Shown here in pieces: positions 11,704-23,899 of a stretch of 64,000 bases of DNA. The stretch covers positions 211,084 to 275,083 of the forward strand of contig JAKMXF010000315.1 in assembly GCA_024704765.1 (NCBI GenBank), in the 5' to 3' direction. The notes below the pieces were generated by a model. The model worked only from the letters and a program-made list of their open reading frames with translations. It had not been told where the DNA came from and ran no database searches. The first letter of the stretch is position 1. Each line of letters starts with the position of its first letter. The DNA is from Oopsacas minuta. Taxonomy: Eukaryota > Animalia > Porifera. Position numbers and translations under genes: made by a program.

Positions 11704-14455
11704 CACGGGTCGCTCAGATTCAAATATCGATCAAAAAAATACAGTTTATTCAAAACCTAGCTGGAGTGATAGAGTAGCATGTCTATTTCCCAAATATTCA
11801 TTATTTAAAATTATTCGTCCGCAAAAACAAAAATTTAGCCTAATTATATTTTTTCACCTAATTTCTAACACCTTCCATTTTGTGGTACTTACTCTTTGAA
11901 TTCAATTCATGTTAATTTGTAGTGTTATATATACACATGAATTGTAAGGATATTCTCCTTACTTGTCGTGTCTTCACACTTGAAAACATGTTGTTTAGTA
12001 CGGCATCCCTATTCAACTGCAAATACCATAAATATCGAATTTTAGAAAGCAAAATCTATATTTGGGATGGAATCCTTTGGAACAATTTTCAGTGACAAAC
12101 ATATGAAAGCGCGAAAGAAGGTATATCGCAATTGTTGTGTTAAAGTGGGGAACAATGGGGTAAATTTAATTCCAAGGTTACTAAAGATGTATGCACAGTT
12201 TTTATCAAAGAACTTTGACGATCTTAGCTGCATGATACCAATGTTCTCTGTGAGACTTGTGCAAATGGCTTGAGAAAACAGACAAGAATCTGAGTGCTGG
12301 AAATATTCCGAAACCTTTTTCTTGGATACTGCCAATAAAGAACACCAGACTAAGCTCTTGTTTTGTTGATTCTCCCTTGTGCTATGTGTCAAGAAGCGTA
12401 TCGGTTTGGACCAAAGAAACATGAACCCCAGCAAATTCGACACAAATCTGTTGGTAGACTGGTAGAAAATTCTCCTCAACAATTTGTAAAGTTGTGCAAT
12501 AAATGTTTTCTTAAAGTAGGACGAGGCATTCGCCATGAATGCTCTTCTTCTAATGCTGTTACCAACACCAGACACTGCTTAGGTAAAAAAATCATTAGAT
12601 AAATTTGTAGGAGATGATATCGTTAAGCGTTTGGATGTAAGTGATGATTTATACCTCGAACTACCACGTATTTCAGGAGGCATCCGGTTTATCTTACAGA
12701 TAGTTCTTCTTTGAATAAGTCTGCTTCAAGTAGTGTACCGTCTGTCAGTCTTGAACTCTCAGATATGTTACAAATAAAGACTGAAGGAAATCTAAGTAAT
12801 AACGATCTTAAGTCAGTTATAAGTATATTGAGAGGTAAATTAATTGGCACCCCAGGGAAGAAATTATTTTACACCGCTCGATATTAAATTATTGGTCAAT
12901 TCTTTGAAGTTTGCCAACTAGAGCTGAACCGATCTCAGAAGAAGGGATATAGTGATATTTGCCCTGTCTGGACAGTATTCTGTTGTGATGTTCCTGGCCT
13001 TCTTAGTAAAAGATTTTCTCAATCAGATGGGATTGATATCTATAAATTACATTATAAATTAGGACTGGACTTTGGACAAGGATTTTTGAAAGTGACAATT
13101 CAACCAGAATTATCCAATAGTGTATGCGAACTGGCTATAATTTGGCTAAGCCCTGTACCAGAAAATTATCACAACCTCAAGTCAATATACTCTAGTCATG
13201 AAATCAGACGTCTAATCCTAGACCTCAATATAAGCCTAACGATTGATATAAAAGCTGCACTAATAGCTTTTGGTATCATGCCTGGCAGACATCCCTGTCC
13301 CTGGTGTACCTGGGACGAAAGGAATAATCTTGACGATATTGAGAAATGGGAGCTAAGAGGGTCAACACAGCATGCTGCACAGTATGAAGAATTTTGCAGA
13401 GAATATGGCGGATTGAAAGAAAATTCAAAATTATGCAAGGGAGTTGATAACCCCACCGTATTTCAGGATGCTGATATTCTACCTATTGAAAACATGGTTA
13501 TTCTCAATCTCGCAGAGCTACATTTGCTGCTTGGAGTAAGCCAGATACTTTATGATGTAATTGTAGAGTCCATGTCAGAAGACGAAATACAGATCCATCA
13601 GGATACTTTGAAGAGGTATAACATCAAGAAAAGTCAATACCAAAGTGGAAGCTTTGAAGGGAATTCAATGAGAATATTACTGAAACATCATGGAGATTTG
13701 TTTCTAAATAAGAATTGTAATGCCTTCATAGCATTAAGAAGATTTGACTCCGTGGTATCTTCTTGTTTTGGGATATCCAGATATACTCCCGAGTTTCACG
13801 AAAGGATCTTTGAATTTGAAGAAGCCTACAAAATGTGTGGAATTTCTTGTACAACAAAAGTAGATATAGTATGCCGCCATTTGGTTCCCTTTCTGCTAAA
13901 ATATTTACCTACAGATAATAAATTGGCTGTAGTATAAGAACAGGCATTGGAATCTAGTCACCATCATTTTAACAAAGTGTGGAGAAGATACACATTTGAT
14001 GAGGATACAGAAGGATATGGTGAGGGGTTGTTTAACGCAGTATGCGAATTTAATTTTATATCTCTTACTACTGATAATGCAGCAGATGTTTGGAAGGGAT
14101 ACAAGATGAAAACAAGATCGAGTGCAATTGATAAGATAAATGACAAGTAAAATTATATTAAAACCAGTGTGAATTAATAGTTTTCTAATATTTTTGTCTC
14201 AGTTTATATGAAGATATTCATTAGAGATATTTAATACTATAAATTAACATGAATTGAATTCAAAGAGTAAGTACCACAAAATGGAAGGTGTTAGAAATTA
14301 GGTGAAAAAATATAATTAGGCTAAATTTTTGTTTTTGCGTACGAATAATTTTAAATAATGAATATTTGGGAAATAGACATGCTACTCTATCACTCCAGCT
14401 AGGTTTTGAATAAACTGTATTTTTTTGATCGATATTTGAATCTGAGCGACCCGTG
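11704..14455 (+). mobile_element. Chapaev-type (CMC superfamily) DNA transposon
   Basis: Ends CACGGGTCGCTCAG... and ...CTGAGCGACCCGTG. Nearly identical ~220-bp TIRs (11704-~11925; ~14235-14455). 4-bp TSD ATCT (11700-03, 14456-59). Confidence 0.85.
12067..14150 (+). pseudogene. Chapaev-like transposase pseudogene
   Basis: N-terminal H-x7-(C>Y)-x2-C...P-x2-LCETC (Chapa-type zinc finger). KLGLDFGQGFLKV (D1, ~13068), TIDIK...HPCPWC (D2), ELHLLLG, FEGN, and *EQALESSHH (catalytic E after the stop at 13935). Frameshifts in the 5' third. Confidence 0.75.
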
Positions 14456-15402
14456 ATCTGCAGTTACAATTGGGACTGTTTTTCGGCGAGATAATCATTC
14501 ATTTCCTGTTGCGGTCGGATACAGCAGGATATCGGATTGGAACCTGATATCCGCTACAGCACTACGCCAAACTCATTCAAAAATATTTTAGGTTGGGCCA
14601 TATGGCCAATCAACTCCCAACCTGACTTCCTACTCAACAATAATATAGATTTAATTACAAGAAAACTTCACAGTTCTAGATAACAATTTGAATTATATCC
14701 AGATAAAATAATGTAATGCTACTTAGAATTCAATACATATTCCAAATTTCAGTGTCAAACCCCCAAAATGAGGTATCAAGGAGTAATATGGCAACATTTC
14801 TACCTAATTCAGTGTATTGCTATGGTATGAAGCCAATATGACTCAGTATGAAAAATCCATGCGCTATCTTGCATTCATTAGCAATTGTTTTAAAGCTTTA
14901 CACTTGCCCAATACCAAATCACAATTACAACATTTTGTACAGCTCTCTATATATGAACAGTTGACCACCTCCCTTGGTTAAATAGGTAATTTCCAATAAA
15001 TCCCCGTTATTGCTTAAAATATAGTGTTCGTTGATGATATATTCCTACATCCAAAGGTCAACACAAATACTATCTAGTCGTCTGTTGCTTCTCATTTTAG
15101 TTTATTCAACCCAACAGTGGGATTAATAAGCTTCTAAATCGGACTATAAGTGCGGGAAAATTTTGATTCTCCTTTCAGAGTCTCCGTACATAGATATGAG
15201 CCTCTTACTGATTTCCTTCCGGGTTTCCAGTAGCCTACACATGTTTTTCTCTTTTGTATATAATCAATTGTCAAAACTTCTGCCTCCAAATATCTAAGCA
15301 AGCTACTATGCGATATGCCATGTTAGCCTGTGACTTCGAACTTTTACTACTGACACTATCACTTTTCTGTTACTATATAATTCTCACATAAGAATTGTAT
15401 TA

Positions 15403-16735
15403 GAGGGCGTTAAATTAGTCTTCCCGGTCATGTTATATCTCAGGAATTAGTCAAGTATATATCTGGCTTTCATATATTATAAGTCCATATAGTTAAACTC
15501 CATATACTGATGGTTTCAAGCTTATTCAATACAAATTATGAATTTTTGAGATAGTTACGTGTAGTCAATTTATACCCACTGTTGAATTTATGGCTTAAAA
15601 GGATGATAATTTCAAACTCAAATGGCGAGCTTGCATAGAGTTTCGCACAATACTCAAGATCCAGCCCGTACAGATCTTCAGCGAGTTACAGGAGACATTG
15701 TGCGTGGATTGCCCTTCCAGATCTACTGTAGAGCGATGGGCTGTCCGTTTTAGCTCTGGTGATGCTGATATCGCAGATTTGCCTCGATCTGGAAGACCGG
15801 TATCCGCTACCACTTCTGAGTATATAGCACTCATTGAAAGTATGGTCATGGAAGACAAATGCATTACTGTCAATCAGTAATAACAAAGTATGGAGATTTC
15901 ATCCGGAGCTATTCATACAATTCTGACGACTGAGCTTGGCTACCGATCGATTTGTGGGAAATGGGTCTCGCATAAGCTCAGTGAGAATCAAAGGTTGGCA
16001 AGACTGAATATTGCCAAGAAACTTTTGGAAACTTATGAGAACTGCGATTCTAGACGCTTAACAGAGATTATTACTGGTGACGAGACGTGGCTGTACTATT
16101 CAACATCATGTAGCAAGTATAAGAAGCGATCATGAGTGGGGGGATAACGACAACCGACGAAAATTCCTAGGCCCGACTAGAGAAAACCTAAGATTATGTA
16201 TACCATCTTCTTCAGTAGTTATGGAATTGTCTTGCAATTACCTTGTGAGAATGACAAAGCAGTTACTGCTACATTCTTTACAGAGCATGTGTTTCGAAAC
16301 TTGATAAAGAATATAGAAAGTACCGCCCGAAAACCGGAACGGAACTCGAGGAATGAAGATTTTGATTGATAACGTCATGCCCCATACAGCTAAGCTTGCC
16401 AAAAACTTCTTGGATGTAGAAGGATTAGAATTACTTCCTCATCCACCTTACTCACCAGACCTAGCTCGTGTGATTTTTTGCTATTCCCCAAGCTTAAAAT
16501 CTACCTTCAAGGCAAAGATTTTAACACATTACCAGCACTCGGAACGTGCCTGTACCAGTACTTCAAATCCACCTCCGAAGAAGAGTACAGAAATCTGTTT
16601 TACAAGTGGGGGGGAGAGTTCAAACTTTGCATATCTTCAGGAGGCGTTGAATTTGAATAAATAATGTAATGAATTAGTGTGTATAGCGTTTGTATCCTGT
16701 TCGATGATATCAACTGCAAGACTTATTGAAAGCCC
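15403..16735 (+). mobile_element. mariner (DD34D) element, defective
   Basis: Degenerate TIRs GGGCGTTAAATTAGTCTT and GGGCTTTCAATAAGTCTT (right end, reverse complement). Transposase fragments ~15620-16660: STVERWAVRF, RSGRP, KWVSHKL, ITGDETWLYY, DNVMPH...HPPYSPDLA. Confidence 0.85.
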
Positions 16736-16779
16736 TACCATTAGCTTAGTTTGTTTTGAATTTCTTTATTTCTTGTCCG

Positions 16780-16910
16780 ACAGTCTGCAAAGTAGTGCAT
16801 TTTGCACAAGAATCTTGAGTGAGGAGAGTAGACTTTCACGAACTGGATGAACTTCCTCAGGGACCTATATGTTGAGGATTCTTTAGTCAATTCTCAACCA
16901 ATTGGGGCAA
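16780..16910 (+). mobile_element. Short Merlin/IS1016-like transposase remnant
   Basis: NWMNFLRDLYVEDSLVNSQPIG matches NWKNFMRDICIEDLIINQEPIG of the intact transposase at 58335. Confidence 0.55.
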
Positions 16911-17394
16911 AATTCAGAAAATTGGTTCTGACTGTGTATTGTATTTATGTATCAATATAGAGTGGCGTCACTAATTCACGGAACGGAGCAGAAAGGTTTT
17001 CCTGAAGAAATTTTAATTTTGTGTTTGTTGCACATTTTGGCTGGTAAAACCCCACCTTTTCTAGAAAAGACTATACAGGTGGAAAACTAAAGTTTTCTAG
17101 CTCTCCATAGTACATAAGAATGATACTAACTAAATTTAAGCGCCTTTTTGGAATTTTAAGTTGACATTTAGAGGATACCGATAGAGTCAATCCTTTGACA
17201 TTCCAAAATTACTAAAGATCCTTGAGAGATGCTGGAAGAACAGCTATACTCAAAATAGGACATGAACTCTATTTAACATACACTTAACCGCATTAATACT
17301 TACACTAACTAACGATCAAAAATAATTCCCCTTATCTTGAGTCCATATTAACTTCAGTAATATGCTTAGGAGTAGGAAAATTTTGAGAGTTAGG

Positions 17395-20300
17395 CACAGT
17401 GGTACACCCCCTGGAAATTGGTCAAAATTTCAATCCGATATTTAGTAACCATTTAAAGTTAATTGGAAAGAGAACTATCCAATTACTTGAAATGCCTAAA
17501 ATTGTTATGATCCATCATTTAGTTTGGGAACAACTGGAATGTATATGAGCATTACAATTTCTTGCTCAGAAATTATTCTTGAAAACCACAGATATTCATT
17601 TATATCAATGAACTTAAATTCCAGTATCTAAGCAACTAATACATTCCAAAGACTTCATTCCATTGCATTTTCGACTACTCTCTTATTATAGTGATTATAT
17701 AAGCGGAGTTCAAATAATAAATCCTTAAAATAGCTCAAATATTTTTATAAATTTTTCTGTTGGATATTTCTGTCGCAACTCAACTTCGAACTCCCATAAC
17801 TTCATCTGTCGCGTTCTGTCAAGTTGTCGCCTGAGTTTTATTATATAGCATTTTTAATTCTCTATAAAATACAACAATTTTCAGGTTCCCGAAAATTCGC
17901 GCAAATATAGTTTCAATCACATGAACTTTTGAAGTTATCTAATATTTTAAAAAATTCTCTTTTCAAAATTTATATTAATATTATGGTTGCTTAGCGACAT
18001 AATCAAAACGTAAAGTTATTTACAATTTTATGCTTGTGTTTACAAAATTCAGCTTGTAATTAATACAAATAAATGTTCTCATCACGTATTTTACAAAGAT
18101 TCCATTAAAAAATCAACACTCTTCTACTGTGAGAAAGTTTCGTCAAATTTCCTTAATTCTTAGATTTCAGAATGTATTTATAAGCTCATAAAACAACATG
18201 CATATACGTATATATAATCTTACTTTTTGCCCTGTATTTACAATATTGTTAATAAATAATATATTAATAATCTAGAAAATGGAAAACTTTCAAGCTTTTC
18301 AGTTTTATTGTGAGCATAAATTACTTAGCACTCGTTTAATCGCAGACCAATATATTTAAACTCATGGTATTGATCGAAATCAGCAAAATTTCTTTCGTCT
18401 GAAGTTCAATGATATTCGAAAAGAGAGAGCCTCTTTTCATAAATATTCGGACCTTGATACTTGGAATTCCATGTGCTTCTGTCCTCTGTCAAAGAAGCCT
18501 AGGTTAAGCGCCTCTCCTTCATTAACCATTAACTTTGAAGGAGACTTTAATCTTTCAAAAAAGAAATCGCTCGCTGACTTAACGACCAGAGGTTTGAGAA
18601 ATCGGCTCTCTTCTCTTAAGTCTCACCTCGAATCAGTCGCTGCAAACGAGCATGTATCTCCAAAGACTCTTGCAACTTATCTCTTACTACTTTGTTGCAA
18701 TGAGGAGCAGGACATGAATAGTCCAATGTTTGTAAAGAGATACTCGAGAAGGGAAACTCATTTCCTATCTATCCACAATTATCACTTGATAAATCTGCCT
18801 TTCTTTTCGATTCGCTTGAGATCGGTAAAACTAAGTATTTAGAACTTCGGCGTACGTTACTATCTGAAGATCTCAAGTTACCAGGCTACAATAGTGTAGC
18901 TAAACATCGGGCTCAAATTAATTTGCTGGATGAGGTGCGTATAATTCATAGAGAATTTCCATGTGGAGTAGGTATTTCTTACACCAGACAACTCACCCAT
19001 ACAGTTGAACGCATTGTATCTAACTTAAGTCCTGACACCCTTGTCTATCCGCTAAAAGTTCGAGTATCCGATGGCTTAGATGGATCTGGGTGTCATCGAG
19101 TTTACCAGCAAGCTATTTCTATCCCTGACCTCTCGACTAAAACCTTCATTTAATTTGGTTTCAAGGTTAACGCAATCATAAATGCAAATGATCATATCCT
19201 ATGGAAACCTCATCATCCAAATTCGCCATTTTGCACTCGACCAGTTGCCCTCTTAGCCCTTCCAGAAAATGAAGAGAGTTTCAAGTTTTTGATGGGGTCA
19301 TTAATAGATAACTAAACTTCAACTATTGAAGAGAGTGGTTTGTGTTTATACAATGGCAATGCAGAGGTCAAGATCATAAGATCTTATTTCGATACAAAGA
19401 TGGCAAAAATCTTAAGCCGTGCTGGTGGTGCTAATTGTCAAATGTGTACTGCAACGTTCCAACAGATACACGATATTAGCATAGTCCAAAATGGCTTTCC
19501 CATAAATAGGACTATCCGTGATGCACGTGATGTATTTGATGAGGTTGATGAGGAAGTATTTTTGTCTTTGCCAACAAATCAAAGATTCAATTTAACACAC
19601 AAACCGATCTCATAAAAAGACATCATATCAGCTTCTCCTCTACATGCATATTTGAGAACATTTATTTGGTTCCTATTATTGATTTGCCATTTACAGCGTG
19701 GTGCTATTCAAAAATGGTCACCAACTTCGCCAATATTTCTTGGGGCCAAGAAATTTATTACTAGCCTTATTGAAGAAAAACTTAGTATATCAATTGACAC
19801 ACCATCAGTCCAAGGAGGAACCACCGCAACCGGAAATGTCGTTCGGAGATGCTTCACACGTAGCGATGATACTATGCAAGATTTTCTATATTGGGTATTG
19901 ACGGTTGTTCCTCAAGAGACACATCAAGTTGTCCCTAGAATCTTTAATAATTTGAGTGTTATCCTGAGATTGTATAATAGTAACAGGAAAGTGGATACTG
20001 AAGGCCTTGATAATGTATGCCGAGAGACTTACGAATCCATTTTAACCAATTTTTCATGGGCACATGTAACCCCTACTTTACATAAACTTCTAGCCCATGC
20101 ACCACAAATAATTGCAGATTATATCGATGGGTTTGGCTTAGAAGATTTGTCTGAATAAGGCCTTGAATCTTGTAATAAATTGGTCAGGCCACACCGTGAG
20201 AGACTCTCAAGAAAATTTAGCTTTGAGGACAACGTTAAAGATGTGTTCGTCAGGCTTATCTCTCAAAGTGATCCAATTTTAGCATCTTTCGTAATATTAC

Positions 20301-20719
20301 CAAAACGATTCGGAGCCAGATCTATCTGAGTTAAAGACTGTCAAGATACTTTGGTGAATTCTCTAATTATAAATACGCTATAGTTTGTAGTTCAATGAAC
20401 GGTAGGTCATTTTAACAAGAAATATGGTTTCATAAGTTGATAAAAATGTACATTAAATAGTGTTAATAATATCAAAACATAAAGCACTCAATTTCTGAAC
20501 CTATAGCTCACAATTGGCTGAATTAAATTCGATAAAAAATCAAAATATTTTTGAATGTGACAATGACGTCATTACTTTCACACCCAAAGACTTAGAAAAA
20601 ATCTAGTTACGTCAATCGATCCCTTGGGTACGATTCTCCATATGTCAATAATATAGTTTAATACATTATCTAGTGCCCTAGTACCTAATTCCAGGTTTTA
20701 GCTATTTCGTGCCACTGTG
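17395..20719 (+). mobile_element. RAG1-like/Transib DNA transposon (3,325 bp) with RSS-heptamer termini
   Basis: Both ends start CACAGTGG (17395-402; reverse complement at 20712-19). Perfect 5-bp TSD TTAGG (17390-94, 20720-24). Internal RAG1-core-like coding remnant. Confidence 0.92.
18279..20383 (+). pseudogene. RAG1-core-like (Transib-type) transposase pseudogene
   Basis: ATG at 18279. DGLDGSGCH (D at 19079, RAG1 D600 equivalent), PNSPFCTRP, YFDTKM...CQMC (D at 19391, D708 equivalent plus ZnC2), SPLH, TATGN, PTLHKLLAHAPQII (ZnH2), and LSE*GLESCNKL (E at 20165, E962 equivalent). Several stops and frameshifts; 3' end approximate. Confidence 0.88.
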
Positions 20720-23639
20720 TTAGGCACGCTGTATACGCCTAATTTCGACGAATACTGTAATGGGTTATCTTACGATCATAATGTCAAATGAATCGTATTA
20801 TAGTTTATTAGAAGAATTCAGTTGAATTCATTAATATTGGAATATAATTCGAAATGTGAACTGTCTATTGTTAAAGGGGAAGCTTGATAAATGATATGTA
20901 GGTCGAGTCCTAATACTACTGATACTACATAGGAGAAACTTTAGTTTTGCTTAGAGAGACAATGAATACAGATAAATATATATAATGTTAGGTTAACAGT
21001 TAATTATTAATGCACTATAAACGTGTTTGTATATTGAAAGATTCTAGATGACACATCTGTAGTGTATTTTAGCCGTATTATATGTAATAGTTGAATGGTT
21101 TGCTTAAAATTTAATTTTGGTGCTTCGAAAATTCAACTTCTCTAGGCGCGTAAGTGAAATCGAGTACGCATTTAGGCGCCTACATAAAAAAGCTGGAAGA
21201 AACCTGATTGTAGCAACTTAATATGCAAATATATGTTCGCCTTACCTTGCAATTCTATTAATCGGGTTCAGATTAACGGAGTGCCTCTGTATACATTGGG
21301 ACCGTCGAAACTGTATTTAACGAAACAAGGCATTGGACTGGTTCCGATGTGTGACAGTCTCATTCATTGTGTACTTATTCAAAAACGGTGAAATGCGTGG
21401 CAGAGAGAGGAGTGTGGATCAATATTTAATGAAAATTACGTTTACGTAACACATACTTGTCAGCCTGATTGAAGATATAAGCGCAACGGAAGGTACTAAT
21501 TTAAGGGGACATCACTGAACGTTGCATAATTACATTGGACTGGATTACAAAAAGCCTGAAAATTCAGATTTAGGCAGGTCTTGCCGGGACATTTGCCTCA
21601 ATACATATCCGGGCCGAAACTGTAGGAAGTCCCGCCAAAACTGGGACAGTCGATAAGTATGGTAATGAATGACTGCTCTATACAAGATGAAATCTAGCCA
21701 ATCAAACAACAATGAAATATATAATTCAAAATTACATCCAAAATTTGAATACAATTTGATTATATATTTTTGTGTTACAGATGTAATTATCTCATTTCCA
21801 GCTTCCCTGTAGAGTAACACAATTACCTGCAGTGAAATACAATGAATAACAAACAAATTAACATGAAAGAGTTGAGTAACCATCGTGTATTCACTCAATA
21901 TCAACAGCATGCGGATTCCTATTGTTCGACAGTGGAAGCTGTTTACTTGGGACTCGAATAATTGGGATATCCGCTTAAACGGGAATGTTTTGGACAGATT
22001 TTTGTATACAAACATAGTGTGAAATTGAGAGATCGAATTTGTTAATTGGCATTTATTACCCCGAGTACCGAACATTTTGAAGAATGTTTCACACATATAT
22101 TCTTGACTTCTATCCTGATAAACCGTCTATTTTGTTAAGTATGATTAGTTAATTTGGGTTGCAATCCCAGTTAAGCAATTCTAGTTATGGTATCAAAGGT
22201 TTTTGGTGAAATCGAGTAATGTGTATTCATAATCAGTACTAAAATTTTTTTTTTCTAACAAAGAATTTGCATATTTGATGCAACTTGTAACCTTTATACA
22301 CTTACACCTACTCATCATTGCTGGACCTTATAACCAGGGTATAGTAGTAGTGACTAGATAATATGTGACCACGTAAAACTAGCATTTAATTCGTGAATAT
22401 CCATAATAGGTTAATCCGGTTAATCGTTTAAAAGGACAAAACATTGACTTCTCAGCTCTCCTGATTAAGTGGCTTCGGCTGTAATTCTACTTGTAATGCA
22501 TATATCAATGCTATTTTACCATATTGAGCAATACAATTTTCCACAGGAATTGGCCAAGCATTCAAAATTCAATTTTCGTTGACTTTCCTTAGCTCTATCA
22601 ACTTCCCTCAACTAGTTGTTTAAGAGTGTCTATAGAGATTTTCAACCACATTACAAAAGTTGATGGTTGTGAGAGTCTGCAATTATACACTAGGTTTAAG
22701 TTCGAATTCTTTTAAATTATACTTTGATGGTAGAGTGTACCCAAGCATTCAGTTAATATGAATATTTTAACTTAACAATCAACGTATGAAATGTGATTAT
22801 GAATGCAATCTTTTATGTAATATTCTTGCAGAAATAATAATATTATATCTACACGTAGTTATTAAAGTGTTGAATTGATAGAATCCATAGTAGTGCTTAC
22901 ACGATAATTTATCACAGAATAAATTGTTTATTTGAAAAAATCATTACCAAGTTGTTCTCCTCGAACAAATGTGCTAAAACATTCTATGTGTCATTTGTGG
23001 CATGCAGTTCCGATTCTTTTGGCCAGGTAGTTTTCTAATACTTTATGCAAAATCGTTTTAGAAGGTTATACCCCTTATATAACATTTCTAAAACGACATA
23101 ATTATATCAATACATTTCAAAAACATAAGTACACTTTCGCTAGAATAGGGAACTACTTATATCGCCACAGAAGACACAATTGTCACGCCCTTTACCACAT
23201 AGAAACACAAATAATTACCTCAGTAACGATAGCGGCTAAAGTATTATTATTTTCAATTTATGAAGTATAAACACATTGTCTGCCATAACGATGACCTCAT
23301 TATTTTGAACTTGATCATATCTAGTAAATATTTTGATAGCTTGATTATGCCACCAATCGACCTAATTTGTCAACCACTATAACCCAGCCATGAGAATCAA
23401 GCCAATTCGTCATAACACTCATTCAAAAGTTTTCTTGCTAGCCAACATATTTTTCTGGTCACTAAATATTTTTGGTCTTATTAACTCTGTATTCACTGTA
23501 TATATATGTCTATACTATATACTAATATTCACATATTGGAATGAATATCTTTTCTTCTTATATTTGTTTGCTTGTTGTACCTGTAATTGCTATTCGGGTT
23601 ATTTTGAATTTTTATATATTCTTATAATATTCTTTTTAG

Positions 23640-23899
23640 GTAAGTATACTGCTGTTGCTGTTACTGGCGATTATGCAGATTTCCAGTATATTTCAGATCG
23701 TTTGTACGAAAAAGTTCGTCAGGCTGAACTAATGGATGATAAACTTCAAATTGGTCCTCGTGAGATATTTTCTTGGTTAAATAGAGTTTTGTATTACCGT
23801 AGAACCCAACTCAATCCACTTTGGATCAATCTAATAGTTGCTGGGATTGATAGAATTTCGTGTTCTGAAAACAAAACTTTCCTCGCATATATTGATATG
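23640..23899 (+). CDS. PSMB4: Proteasome subunit beta type-4 (beta7), internal exon
   Basis: (G)KYTAVAVTGDYADFQY...PREIFSWLNRVLYYRRTQLNPLWINLIVAG...FLAYIDM matches the beta7 consensus. Pyrimidine-rich acceptor AG at 23638-39 and donor GT at 23900. Upstream exon(s) not found in the window. Confidence 0.9.

Noticed and set aside
17402-18278. RAG2-like partner gene inside the RAG1-like element
   Set aside because: AT-rich, no ORF and no kelch-like repeats on either strand; too short.
21545-22096. 183-aa minus-strand ORF
   Set aside because: No motifs; overlaps MITE-like fragments; composition looks non-coding.
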